From assembly GCA_028687715.1 (NCBI GenBank), contig JAQTZP010000004.1, forward strand, positions 25,751 through 89,750: 64,000 nt of DNA, given 5' to 3'. Each line of letters begins with the position of its first letter. Positions within the stretch are counted from its first letter, which is position 1. This DNA is from Minisyncoccota bacterium (GTDB lineage: Bacteria; Patescibacteriota; Minisyncoccia; Minisyncoccales; GWA2-38-27). The position numbers and the translations under genes are program-made. Below are positions 46,107 through 55,534 of the stretch, in pieces. Under the pieces are notes generated by a model that was given only the letters and a program-made list of their open reading frames with translations, was not told the DNA's origin and searched no databases.

Positions 46107-47561
46107 ATGAAGATACATAAAGAAATAATATCTATTATAAATAAGCTTGAGAAAAAGGGATTTGAAGCTTATCTTGTCGGAGGATGCGTTCGTGATTTTC
46201 TGAAAAACAGAGAGCCAGAAGACTGGGATATTGCAACTAATGCCAGACCAGAGGAGATAATTAAAGTTTTTCCTAAAAGCTTTTCAGATAATAAATTCGG
46301 CACTGTCAGAGTTTTAACAGGCTCTAAAAACCAAAGATTAAAAGAAGTAGAGATTACTCCTTACAGAATTGATGAAAAATACAGCGATAGAAGGCATCCT
46401 GATAAGGTGGTTTGGGCAAAGACAATAAAAGAGGATTTATCAAGAAGGGATTTTACTATAAACGCAATGGCAATAGGGGTTCGGAAACCTTTAAGTATCA
46501 TAGATCCCTCCAATGGGCAGAAAGACTTAAAAAACAGAATAATTAGGGCGGTAGGGAACCCCCAGGACAGATTTTCAGAAGATGCCTTAAGGATGATGAG
46601 GGCAGTAAGATTCAGCGTTTGTTTGGATTTTAAAATAGAGGAAAATACTGCTTCTGCCATTTCAAAGAATTCTTTCTGGCTAAGCGCTATTTCAAAAGAA
46701 AGGATAAGAGATGAGTTTTTAAAGATCATTATGAGCGATAAAGCAAGTAAAGGAATAGAGGTTTTGAGAGAATTAGGCCTTTTAAAGCATATTGTTCCTG
46801 AGCTTGAAGAAGGATACGGAGTTTCTCAGAATAAGCATCATATCTATAACTGCTACGAGCATTCTTTGAAGTCTTTAGATTATGCCGCTAAAAAGAATTT
46901 TAATAAATATGTCAGGCTTACTGCGCTTTTCCATGATATTGCAAAGCCAAGGGTTAAAAAAGGGGAAGGTCCGGATTCTACTTTTTACAATCATGAAGTA
47001 GTCGGCGCCAAGATGACAGCTCAAATCTTGGAAAGACTGAGATTTTCTAAAAAAGATATTGAAAAGATTGTAAAGCTTGTAAGATACCATCTTTTCTATT
47101 ATAACGTAGGAGAAGTTTCAGAAGCTTCAGTTAGAAGGTTAGTCAGCAGGGTTGGCATAGAGAATATGGATGAGCTGCTTCAGGTTAGAATGGCAGACAG
47201 GATAGGTTCAGGCGTTCCAAAAGCAGAGCCTTACAAATTAAGGCATCTGCGCTATATTATCGAAAAGGCTTCTCGGGACCCTATTTCATCAAAGATGCTT
47301 AAGGTTAATGGAAACGATGTAATGAAGATATTAAATATTAAAGCTGGTCCTAAAGTAGGATTAATTTTAGAGATATTATTAGGTCTTGTTTTATCAGACC
47401 CAAAGAATAATAAAAAAGAGTTTTTGAGGAGAGAAATTAAAAATCTAGGAAACAAGCCTGATGATAATTTAAAAGGACTTGCCTTTAAGGCGAAGAAAGA
47501 AAGAGAGGATATAGAGACAAAAAAAGACAGGATGACTAAAGAGAAATACTGGGTTAGCTAA
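46107..47561 (+). CDS. cca: CCA-adding enzyme / poly(A) polymerase family nucleotidyltransferase with HD domain
   Basis: 484 aa. Pol-beta NT motif GGCVRD...DWDIAT, RRDFTINAMA, and HD-domain FHDIAKP. Coordinates are taken from the ORF track. My hand count of an A-run near 47519-47524 differed by 1 nt. Confidence 0.85.
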   Translation: MKIHKEIISIINKLEKKGFEAYLVGGCVRDFLKNREPEDWDIATNARPEEIIKVFPKSFSDNKFGTVRVLTGSKNQRLKEVEITPYRIDEKYSDRRHPDKVVWAKTIKEDLSRRDFTINAMAIGVRKPLSIIDPSNGQKDLKNRIIRAVGNPQDRFSEDALRMMRAVRFSVCLDFKIEENTASAISKNSFWLSAISKERIRDEFLKIIMSDKASKGIEVLRELGLLKHIVPELEEGYGVSQNKHHIYNCYEHSLKSLDYAAKKNFNKYVRLTALFHDIAKPRVKKGEGPDSTFYNHEVVGAKMTAQILERLRFSKKDIEKIVKLVRYHLFYYNVGEVSEASVRRLVSRVGIENMDELLQVRMADRIGSGVPKAEPYKLRHLRYIIEKASRDPISSKMLKVNGNDVMKILNIKAGPKVGLILEILLGLVLSDPKNNKKEFLRREIKNLGNKPDDNLKGLAFKAKKEREDIETKKDRMTKEKYWVS

Positions 47562-47633
47562 ACGGAGCGTAATATAACGGCAGTATACACCCTTCGGGAG
47601 GGTGCGGTCTGAGTTCGATTCTCAGCGCTCCGA
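47562..47633 (+). tRNA. tRNA-Pro (anticodon CGG)
   Basis: Manual cloverleaf: acceptor CGGAGCG/CGCTCCG (C1-G72, as in bacterial tRNA-Pro), anticodon stem CACCC/GGGTG with loop TTCGGGA, T arm CTGAG-TTCGATT-CTCAG. No encoded CCA. The 5' boundary is +/-1 nt. Confidence 0.8.
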
Positions 47634-47643
47634 ATGATATTTA

Positions 47644-49851
47644 TTATCTCATTGTCAAAGCGTTTAAAACAACGCTTATTGAAGAAAATGCCATTGCCCC
47701 AGCTGCAACAGCAGGGTTTAAGAGCCAGCCGGTAAAAGGATATAATATGCCGGCTGCTACAGGTATTCCTATTATATTATAAGAGAATGCCCAGAAAAGA
47801 TTCTGCTTTATTTTTCTTAAGGTGTATTTGCTTAATTTTATAGCTTTTACCACGTCTCTTAAGTCGTCCTTTATTAAAACTATCTCTCCTGTTTCTATTG
47901 ATATGTCAGTGCCTGAGCCAAGCGCAATGCCTAAGTCAGCTTGGGCTAATGCCGGAGCATCGTTTATCCCGTCTCCAACCATTGCTATAACATTGTTTTT
48001 AGTTTGCAGTTTTTTTATCTCTTTGGCCTTTTCTTGAGGCAGGACTTCGGCTAATACATAATCTATGCCTACTTGCTTTGCCATTGCTTCGGCAGATGTT
48101 TTGTTATCTCCGGTAATTATAGCTGTCTTTTTGCCCATATTATGAATCATCTTTACTGCTTCTTTTGAATATTCCTTCAGCGTATCGCTTACAGCAATAG
48201 CCCCGATAATTTCTTTATCCAGGGCAAGGATTGCAACGGTTTTGCCCTGATTTTCCAGTTCATTTAATTTATCTTCAATTTCCTTATAATCTATCTCGTT
48301 TTCATTCATTAGCTTCCTTGTGCCCAGTAGAGCTTTCATTTTATTAATTTCAGCTTTAATTCCTTTGCCTGGAACTGCTTGGAAGTTTTGAACCAAGGTA
48401 AGTTCTATTTTTTCTTTTTCTGCTCTTTGAATAACAGCTTGAGCCAAAGGATGCTCTGAGTTTTTTTCAATTGAGGCTGCAATTTTTAATATCTCAATGT
48501 TAGAATGTTCTTTGTTAGAGATTATATCAGTAACAACAGGCTCTCCCTTTGTTAATGTCCCTGTTTTGTCAAAAACAACCATATTAATCTTTTCAGCGGC
48601 CTCCAGCGCCCGACTGGTTTTAATAAGTATTCCTTTTTGGGCCGATAAGCCTGTTCCCATCATTACTGCTACCGGAGTTGCCAGTCCTAAAGCGCAGGGG
48701 CAGGCAATAATTAAAACTGCTACAAATACTGTTAGACTGAAGGCAAGCGACTTGCCGACTATCAGCCAGAAAATAAGTGATAGAAAAGCGATAATAATTA
48801 CCGATGGGACGAAATAAAAAGATACTTTATCTGCCAACAGCTGAATAGGCGCCTTAGACTCCATCGCTTCTTCAACTGTTTTCACGATTTGGCTGAGCAT
48901 TGTGTCTTTTCCGACTTTAGTAACTTTAAAACTTAAGGCCCCTGTTTTATTTATGGTGCCGCCGATAACTATATCTCCTTTTTTCTTTTCAACAGGCATG
49001 CTTTCTCCTGTGATAGTTTTTTCATCAACACTTGAATATCCATCAAATACAACTCCGTCAATTGGAATCTTTTCGCCCGGCTTTACTAAAATCATATCGC
49101 CTATTTTAACCTTAGAAATAGGAACTTTTATCTGCTGGTTGTTTTTTAAAATAGTAGCTTCTTTTGGCTGAAGTCCAATTAGTTTTTTTATTGCTTGGCT
49201 TGTTTTTCCTTTGGTAACTGCTTCAAGATATTTCCCTAAGGATATAAAGAGGAGGATTAAGGCGGCACTTTCAAAATAGAGATCTGCTTGGGTGATATTT
49301 AAAAAAGAAACAGCGGTACTATAAAAATAGGCGGCTGAAGTGCCTATGAAAACCAAAGAGTCCATGTTTGGGCTAAGCCGCACTAAACCCTTAAAGCCGT
49401 TCTGCCAGAGATAAAAAGAAGAAGCTACTACTAAAGTAGTGAGTATAAATTGGATTATATAATTATACCTTATTATCAATTGGGGGATATAAAGGCCAAA
49501 AAGGCTTAAAGCCATCATAATAATTAAGGGAAGGCTGAAAATTAAAGAAAAGAGAAAGCGGTTTCTCAGCTTTCTAACCTCTTCTTCTTTTTCTATTCTG
49601 TGATGGTCGTGATGATGATTCTTGAGGCTTTCATTATTGATGTCGTTTGCCTTATAGCCTGCTTTTTCTATTATTTCCTTTATTTTCTCAACGCTGATTT
49701 TTTCAGGCTCAAGCTCAATAGATGCTTTTTCTGAGGCAAAGTTTATACCAACAGAAATAATACCTTTCTCTTTTTTAAGGATTTTTTCAATATTTAAAGC
49801 GCAGGAAACACAACTCATCTTGGATATTTTTAAGATGATTTTTTGAGTCAT
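47644..49851 (-). CDS. copA: Copper-translocating P1B-type ATPase
   Basis: 735 aa. N-terminal HMA motif MSCVSCA, a His-rich linker NHHHDHH, transmembrane CPC, and DKTGTLT and GDGINDAP motifs. Confidence 0.92.
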   Translation of the reverse strand: MTQKIILKISKMSCVSCALNIEKILKKEKGIISVGINFASEKASIELEPEKISVEKIKEIIEKAGYKANDINNESLKNHHHDHHRIEKEEEVRKLRNRFLFSLIFSLPLIIMMALSLFGLYIPQLIIRYNYIIQFILTTLVVASSFYLWQNGFKGLVRLSPNMDSLVFIGTSAAYFYSTAVSFLNITQADLYFESAALILLFISLGKYLEAVTKGKTSQAIKKLIGLQPKEATILKNNQQIKVPISKVKIGDMILVKPGEKIPIDGVVFDGYSSVDEKTITGESMPVEKKKGDIVIGGTINKTGALSFKVTKVGKDTMLSQIVKTVEEAMESKAPIQLLADKVSFYFVPSVIIIAFLSLIFWLIVGKSLAFSLTVFVAVLIIACPCALGLATPVAVMMGTGLSAQKGILIKTSRALEAAEKINMVVFDKTGTLTKGEPVVTDIISNKEHSNIEILKIAASIEKNSEHPLAQAVIQRAEKEKIELTLVQNFQAVPGKGIKAEINKMKALLGTRKLMNENEIDYKEIEDKLNELENQGKTVAILALDKEIIGAIAVSDTLKEYSKEAVKMIHNMGKKTAIITGDNKTSAEAMAKQVGIDYVLAEVLPQEKAKEIKKLQTKNNVIAMVGDGINDAPALAQADLGIALGSGTDISIETGEIVLIKDDLRDVVKAIKLSKYTLRKIKQNLFWAFSYNIIGIPVAAGILYPFTGWLLNPAVAAGAMAFSSISVVLNALTMR

Positions 49852-49867
49852 TGATTTTTATAGATAA

Positions 49868-50083
49868 TTACTTTTTATCAGTCAGCATTTTGTTAGCTTC
49901 TTTTAAAAAACCTTCCATGTCAATTTTATACATCTGGGCAATATCTGATATTTTTAGGAATTGTTTTTCCTGAGCTGCCATAGGACAGCCAAGGCATGGG
50001 AAATTATACTTTAAGATAATATCTGTAAGCTCTGGAATTTCCATAAGTTCTTTTAAGGTAGTGTCTTTTGTTATCTTTTTCAT
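49868..50083 (-). CDS. DUF1858-type small redox/disulfide protein
   Basis: 71 aa. TLKELMEIPELTDIILKYNFPCLGCPMA resembles DUF1858 (hybrid-cluster-protein-associated) proteins. Confidence 0.6.
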   Translation of the reverse strand: MKKITKDTTLKELMEIPELTDIILKYNFPCLGCPMAAQEKQFLKISDIAQMYKIDMEGFLKEANKMLTDKK

Positions 50084-50102
50084 GGTATTTAAACTTAATT
50101 AT

Positions 50103-51548
50103 TTATTTTTCAACTCCGCAGCTGCAGCCTGAATCTTTGTTTTGCTCCGGCAGATATTCATTTGCTTTCTTGGTTATAACGCTGGCGGAGCTGTTTGGCT
50201 CAACTGCTTCAATTGTGCCAGAAACCATTCCCATCCAACAGCTAAACTTATATCTTCCCGGTTTATCTATAGTGAATTCCTTGATGCTGGTTTTTCCAGG
50301 GGTTAGATTAATTTCTCCTTCAAACAAATCCTTAGAAATTACAGCATTGGTGCAGCCGCTGGTTCCCAAATCTGTTATTTCCCATCTAACTGGCATGCCG
50401 GTTTTGATTATAAAGTAGTTGGGGGAGTAGCCCCGGCTTGTGGCAGTCATCTTTATAACCTGAATATTATTTTCTATCGGAGCAAAACTGCTTTGATCGT
50501 TAACTTTATTTAAATTATCTAAGCTGTAAAACCCTAAAACATTTAATTGAGAATTTATATTATATACAGCAAAAAATAAAACTAAGATTCCAGCTGTTTT
50601 TAAGAAATTGTTTGACAAGACCTGGTTTTTAGAAAATCTTACAGAAGAAAGCCCGATTATTAAAAGCATTGGCAGGGTTCCTAAGGCGAAAAAGAGCATA
50701 ATAAGGCTTCCTTTGATGGGGCTGCCTGATAAAAGAGCTATTCCTTGGGCCGTAATAGTGAAGCCGCAGGGGAGAAAAAAAGTAGAGGCCCCCATTAAAA
50801 AAGGCATATATTTTCCTTCAAAACTATGTTTGTCAGCAATCTTTCGGGCTATGATTTTTGGCAGACCAAACCTTATTTTCTGAAATCTTTTAAAGCCAAG
50901 CATCTGAAGACCCATAACTGCCATTATTATAGATACGCCGATAACCAGTATTGAAGTAAAAGATAAAGAAATCTGAAGTTTTTGACCGATTAATCCCAAT
51001 GCTGCTCCGAAAAAGGCATAAGAGATAATTCTCCCGGAGTTAAACATTATATGGGGCTGGATCTTTTCTGAGAAGTAATTCTTTGATGAATAAAGTTCTG
51101 TCCATTGCTTTGACATTGACAGGATGAGGCCGCCGACAAGAGCCGCACAGCTTGAAATTCCAGCTGCAAGACCAAGCCCGAAAAACATTGCTAAAGATGA
51201 TGTTGAATTTACGTTAATTAGTTCTGAGATGCCTAAGTTTTTAAGAATAATAAAGACTGAGATTATTACAAAAGATATTGATAAAGCGGTTAATATGCTT
51301 TTTTTAGCAGAATCTTGTTTAAATGGATTATTTGAAAAATAGTAGTTTTCTTTTTCAAAGGCTTTATTTAAAATTTCTGTTTTCGGCAGATTTCCTTCGT
51401 ACTCTATCACCACTTTATTTTCAGAAAGCGAGGCATCGGCTGATTTTATTTCTTTAAAATCTTCCAATAATTTCTTTTCAATTAAAATCTCGCAAGAAGC
51501 GCAGTGCATTCCTTTTAGATAATAAGTGTGTTTTTTTAAATTAGACAT
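50103..51548 (-). CDS. Fusion protein: HMA metal-binding domain + TauE/DsbD-like permease + C-terminal cupredoxin-like domain
   Basis: About 481 aa from the ATG at 51548 (the track start at 51620 would overlap csoR). HMA motif GMHCASCE. About 6 TM helices with a PCGF motif. The C-terminal beta-rich domain ends with FSCWMGMVSG. A Cys-rich tail, SGCSCG, follows. Confidence 0.7.
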   Translation of the reverse strand: MSNLKKHTYYLKGMHCASCEILIEKKLLEDFKEIKSADASLSENKVVIEYEGNLPKTEILNKAFEKENYYFSNNPFKQDSAKKSILTALSISFVIISVFIILKNLGISELINVNSTSSLAMFFGLGLAAGISSCAALVGGLILSMSKQWTELYSSKNYFSEKIQPHIMFNSGRIISYAFFGAALGLIGQKLQISLSFTSILVIGVSIIMAVMGLQMLGFKRFQKIRFGLPKIIARKIADKHSFEGKYMPFLMGASTFFLPCGFTITAQGIALLSGSPIKGSLIMLFFALGTLPMLLIIGLSSVRFSKNQVLSNNFLKTAGILVLFFAVYNINSQLNVLGFYSLDNLNKVNDQSSFAPIENNIQVIKMTATSRGYSPNYFIIKTGMPVRWEITDLGTSGCTNAVISKDLFEGEINLTPGKTSIKEFTIDKPGRYKFSCWMGMVSGTIEAVEPNSSASVITKKANEYLPEQNKDSGCSCGVEK

Positions 51549-51555
51549 AAAATGA

Positions 51556-51828
51556 TTATTTATTAAATAATCTAATGACTTTAAGAATCTCTTCCACCAT
51601 TTCCTGCTTCCTTTTTTCATTTTTTGCCTCTATTGCTTTTTTAAAACAGCTGTTTAAATGGTCTTCCATTATCATTTGATGAGCTGATTTTAAAAGGCCT
51701 AAAACAGCTAAATTCTGCTGCATAACGTCAATGCAGTATTTTTCTTCCTCCACCATTTTTATAATTTTAGAAATTAGGCTCTGGGCTTTTTTAAAATTAA
51801 TAAGGGTTTTTTCTTTTTTATAGGGCAT
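51556..51828 (-). CDS. csoR: CsoR-family copper-sensing transcriptional repressor
   Basis: 90 aa. C...H-x3-C signature (YCIDV ... EDHLNSC) in a helical protein of CsoR/RcnR size. Confidence 0.8.
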   Translation of the reverse strand: MPYKKEKTLINFKKAQSLISKIIKMVEEEKYCIDVMQQNLAVLGLLKSAHQMIMEDHLNSCFKKAIEAKNEKRKQEMVEEILKVIRLFNK

Positions 51829-51852
51829 AGTTTTAGTTCAGTATAATATATT

Positions 51853-51877
51853 ATACCAATACCATAGGTATAGGTAT
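51853..51877. promoter_or_regulatory. Candidate CsoR operator (double ATACC/GGTAT palindrome) in the csoR promoter region
   Basis: ATACCAATACCATAGGTATAGGTAT lies 25-49 nt upstream of the csoR start. It overlaps a minus-strand TATAAT (51850-51855). Confidence 0.5.
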
Positions 51878-51961
51878 ATTATAATATTATCATTCCAAAA
51901 TCTTATGTCAATAGCAGGTTGCTTTTTAGATCAAAAAATGATATTGTTTAAAGATAGAATT

Positions 51962-52032
51962 GGGCCTTTAGTTTAACGGCAAAACACGGCATTCGCATTG
52001 CCGGGATGGCGGTTCAATTCCGCCCAGGTCCA
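51962..52032 (+). tRNA. tRNA-Ala (anticodon CGC)
   Basis: Manual cloverleaf: acceptor GGGCCTT/CAGGTCC with the G3:U70 alanine identity pair, anticodon stem CGGCA/TGCCG with loop TTCGCAT, T arm GGCGG-TTCAATT-CCGCC. No encoded CCA. Confidence 0.8.
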
Positions 52033-52036
52033 TAAT

Positions 52037-52897
52037 TTAGTCTAAGATATTTCTCACAATGATTTGTGAGATATCTATGTTTGCCTCTTTTCTGTTTATC
52101 GTATTGGTCAAATAAAGCTTTGAGTATTTCTTCTTTATCTCTTTAATTCCTTCAGAAATTACCCCATGAGTTATTAGAGCAATTACCTTTTTTGCCTTGC
52201 ATTTTTTAGCAAAATCATAGAATTTGATTAAAGTTGCTCCGCTTCCTATTATGTCATCAACTACGGCTATAGTTTTTCCTTTGAGGTCAATTTCTTTAGA
52301 AGAAATCTTTATCTTGCAGTCATTTATCCTTTTCTTTTTTAAGCCGTTTATCCCTGTTCTTCTCTTTCCTCCTTTATCAGGAGACATAAATAGAATATCT
52401 TCTTTGAAGTCTTTTTTAGCTCTTTCAATCATTTCTTCTACAACTGATATGGCTTTAATAGGATATTTATTTATCCAGGCTCTTTTTCCAAAGTGAGGGT
52501 CAATCACATAGATCTTTTTAACAAGATAGTAAGTTATAAGTTTTTTAATTAGAGATAGAGCTGCGTTTGTTTCTCCTTTTTCAAAAACCTTATCTTGTCT
52601 GCTGTAGGGGAAATAAGAGAAAAATACCTCAGGCCTTATATCGTAATCTTTTAATATTTCTAAGATTAGCTCCAGTTCTATTATTCCCTCATTTGGATCA
52701 GGCGCCCCTGAATGCAAAATAACAACTCTTTTATTCTTAAGTCTTTCAGCTTCTGGGATTTTAACATATATTTCTTTATCTAAAAACTGCCTTTCCCCTC
52801 TTTTATTCTCTTTAGGGAAAACAGCTTTTATTTGTTTTTCTTTTATCTTTTTGATTAAATACTGAGCTTTGGATGTTGAAATGATATAAGTTGTCAT
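52037..52897 (-). CDS. prs: Ribose-phosphate pyrophosphokinase (PRPP synthase family)
   Basis: About 286 aa from the ATG at 52897. PRPP-binding loop VVDDIIGSGATL and DPHF-type motif (VIDPHFGK). Confidence 0.7.
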   Translation of the reverse strand: MTTYIISTSKAQYLIKKIKEKQIKAVFPKENKRGERQFLDKEIYVKIPEAERLKNKRVVILHSGAPDPNEGIIELELILEILKDYDIRPEVFFSYFPYSRQDKVFEKGETNAALSLIKKLITYYLVKKIYVIDPHFGKRAWINKYPIKAISVVEEMIERAKKDFKEDILFMSPDKGGKRRTGINGLKKKRINDCKIKISSKEIDLKGKTIAVVDDIIGSGATLIKFYDFAKKCKAKKVIALITHGVISEGIKEIKKKYSKLYLTNTINRKEANIDISQIIVRNILD

Positions 52898-52966
52898 TAA
52901 TGTTATTTTAGATAAAAAAGGATATAAAATCAAAAACAAGCTCCTGGTTTTTATCAGGAGCAATAA

Positions 52967-53779
52967 CTAATCCTCTTGAGGCATAAAGTACTTTATTATA
53001 TCGACTACGCCTTGAGTGTTTGCAAATGGAGAAATTCTTCCTCTTTTTTCTCTCACAAGTTCCTTGCATTTTAGACTGGCATTTACCGGGCATCCAATCA
53101 GCCGGAGCTTCCTTAGAAAGGGTATGTCTTCTTTGGCGTCTCCTATGCCTATGGATCTTTTAAGATCTATTCCTTCACGCTCGGCTAAAAATTCTAAGCC
53201 AGTGCCTTTATTGATATTAGCCGGAAATACGCTTATTGAATTATAAAGCCGAATAACTCTTAGCATCCTGCGCTTTACAAAATAATTTAGCTCACCTCTT
53301 ATAACCTTACGCATTTGATCTAAGTCAAGAGGGCCTTCAACGCTTCTTATTCTCTCTATTGAAATTCCCACAAGGTTTCCATAGCAAAGAGACATTCCAG
53401 GATGATTTTTCAAAATTCTAGCCACTCTTTTTCTTAGAGTCCTTAGAAATAATCTTTTGATTCTGGGAGTTATGTCTGGGCTTAAGATTAGTTCTTTGGT
53501 CAAAGGGTTGAAAAGGGCAATTCCGTTTTCAATCACAGAAAAACAGTCAGGCAATCCTAAAAGACAAGCGATCATCTCAACACAGTTTCTGTTTCTGCCC
53601 GAGCAAAAGGTTATTTTAGGAAACATTCCTATTTTTGCCTTCTGAATTTTTTGAGCGAGCCAGAAAAGAGACTGATAATCAGAAAGGCAGACATTAGCGT
53701 CCTGGGAAAGCAGGCAGCCGTCTATATCAACAAAAATCCTGTTATTTGTCTCTGTCATAATTCTTTCTCCTGATATCAA
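52967..53779 (-). CDS. HAD-superfamily (IIB-like) phosphatase
   Basis: 270 aa. Motif I FVDIDGCLL and motif IV GIGDAKEDIPF. Cap domain of IIB size. Substrate unknown. Confidence 0.65.
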   Translation of the reverse strand: MISGERIMTETNNRIFVDIDGCLLSQDANVCLSDYQSLFWLAQKIQKAKIGMFPKITFCSGRNRNCVEMIACLLGLPDCFSVIENGIALFNPLTKELILSPDITPRIKRLFLRTLRKRVARILKNHPGMSLCYGNLVGISIERIRSVEGPLDLDQMRKVIRGELNYFVKRRMLRVIRLYNSISVFPANINKGTGLEFLAEREGIDLKRSIGIGDAKEDIPFLRKLRLIGCPVNASLKCKELVREKRGRISPFANTQGVVDIIKYFMPQED

Positions 53780-53827
53780 GGTGCTTGATGTTTGAAAATC
53801 CTAAGGAGCTAAAAATAACCTGTTTAA

Positions 53828-54256
53828 TTAGACTATTTTTAACTCCCTAGCCACCTCTTCGTTAAGTTTGGTGGTAATTAAATTCTTAATGTCTGAAACT
53901 CTTACCCATCTTATTTCTGATATTTCATGGGGTTCTTTAGGCCTGGCAGTTTGTTTTTTAGAGTTTAGGCGGCAAAGGTGGTAAACAATCATAACTGGAA
54001 ATTGATCATGAAGAGTCAAGCTGATTTGTTTAATCGATGTTATATCATATCCTGTTTCATCTAATACTTCCCGTCTTACGCATTCTTCTCTTGTTTCATT
54101 GTATCTCTGTTTTCCGCCTGGAAATGCCCAAATTAAGATAGATTCGTCTCTGCCTTTTTCCGGCTTTCTTCTTTTAATCATCAGGACTTCATTTTTGTCA
54201 TTGAGTATTATGCCTAAGTTTATGAAGTTTTTTGCTTCTTTTATTTCTTTTGTCAT
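53828..54256 (-). CDS. NUDIX hydrolase
   Basis: 142 aa. Complete Nudix box GGKQRYNETREECVRREVLDETG. Confidence 0.88.
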   Translation of the reverse strand: MTKEIKEAKNFINLGIILNDKNEVLMIKRRKPEKGRDESILIWAFPGGKQRYNETREECVRREVLDETGYDITSIKQISLTLHDQFPVMIVYHLCRLNSKKQTARPKEPHEISEIRWVRVSDIKNLITTKLNEEVARELKIV

Positions 54257-54406
54257 AATTTTAATATTGAACCCTAGTTAAATATACCACTTTTTATGAA
54301 AAGGACAAGTTTTTAAGGCAATGTATTATATTGCCAAGGTCATTTAACTTTTAGGGTAAAAGTGGTAAAATAAGATAAATTATTTAAGATAGTATTAATA
54401 AAATTT

Positions 54407-54730
54407 ATGGAGTTTAAGAAATTGCAGAAAAAAATTATTAAAAACGCTTTAGATTATGGCAGAAAGTATAAAGTGAAAATAGACGAGGATTTTGCCTTTC
54501 TTAAATTATACGAAGAGGTTGGCGAGTTAACGCAGGATTTTTTAATTTACAAAAGAAAATGCAGACCGGAAAAATATTTATCTGAAAAAAGAGCTAAAGA
54601 AGAATTGGCAAAAGAACTCGCTGATGTTTTAGGGCTTATTGTGCTGAATGCCTACTTATTAAATATAGATTTAGAAGAGGCGATAGATAATAAGTGGATA
54701 AACAAAAAATGGATTAGCCAAAAGATATAG
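54407..54730 (+). CDS. MazG-like nucleotide pyrophosphohydrolase domain protein
   Basis: 107 aa. The EEVGELTQ and ELADVL acidic helices are typical of the all-alpha NTP-PPase (MazG) fold. Confidence 0.65.
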   Translation: MEFKKLQKKIIKNALDYGRKYKVKIDEDFAFLKLYEEVGELTQDFLIYKRKCRPEKYLSEKRAKEELAKELADVLGLIVLNAYLLNIDLEEAIDNKWINKKWISQKI

Positions 54731-54968
54731 TATTTTAGCTTAATATGAGAAAAAAATAACTCCGAGATTGTTTATTTGAAATACAAAACTTGATTAAGAT
54801 TGATAAAAATTAAAGAAGAAAAGGATAGAGTCATAGACGGAAAATTTACAATAATTAACTGTTTTGAAACAATAACAGACACATTATTAAAAGTTCTGAT
54901 CACGCATTGAGCGAATTTAATCAAAGTAGATTAGCTAGATTTATACACAATAATTTAAATTAAAACTT

Positions 54969-55533
54969 ATGAAAAAAAGAAATATAGAAATAGAATTTCG
55001 ATCAATATTCAATAAACAAAAATATGATAATTTACGAGACTTTCTGGTAAAGAATGCCCAGAATCTCGGGGAAGATGATAAAGATGTTTTTTTTCTTCAC
55101 TCTTAAAGATAAACTTCTAAAAGTAGAAAATAATATCTCAAAGAAAAATGCCAATATCGTTCTAAAGCTGAATAGAATAGGAAATGGAAGTAATTTTGAA
55201 GAATTTGAATTACCTATTCCTCAAGACAAAGTTGACCAAGCAGTTAAAATATTTACTGCAATAAATCTTACTGACAATATAATGCATTCATTTCAACGAC
55301 GAATTAATTTTATTTATAAAGATGTTGAAATCGCCCTTAAATATAGTGATGTTTGGGGGTATCATCTTGAATTAGAGAAAATTATAAACGATGAAAAAGA
55401 AAAACAGATGGCTGAAGAAAAAATAAAAAAAGTGGCGAATGAATTAAAGATTAAATTAATGACCGACAAAGAACTTACCGAATTTACTAAAAAAGCGGAA
55501 GAAAATTACAGAAAATCAAAAAAATTATATTAA
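54969..55533 (+). pseudogene. CYTH-domain (triphosphate tunnel metalloenzyme) gene split by a frameshift in a T8 run
   Basis: Frame A from the ATG at 54969 reads MKKRNIEIEFRSIFNKQKYDNLRDFLVKNAQNLGEDDKDVFFLHS* (ExExK-like EIEFR start). Frame B is the track ORF 55054..55533. Deleting one T from the T8 run (55087-55094) joins them as ...DKDVFFFTLKDKLLKV... Confidence 0.65.
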
Positions 55534-55534
55534 A

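Noticed and set aside
54731-54968. A possible additional gene remnant between the MazG-like and CYTH genes.
   Set aside because: Only very short ORFs (36 aa or fewer) are present, with no recognisable similarity by eye. That is insufficient evidence to call a pseudogene.
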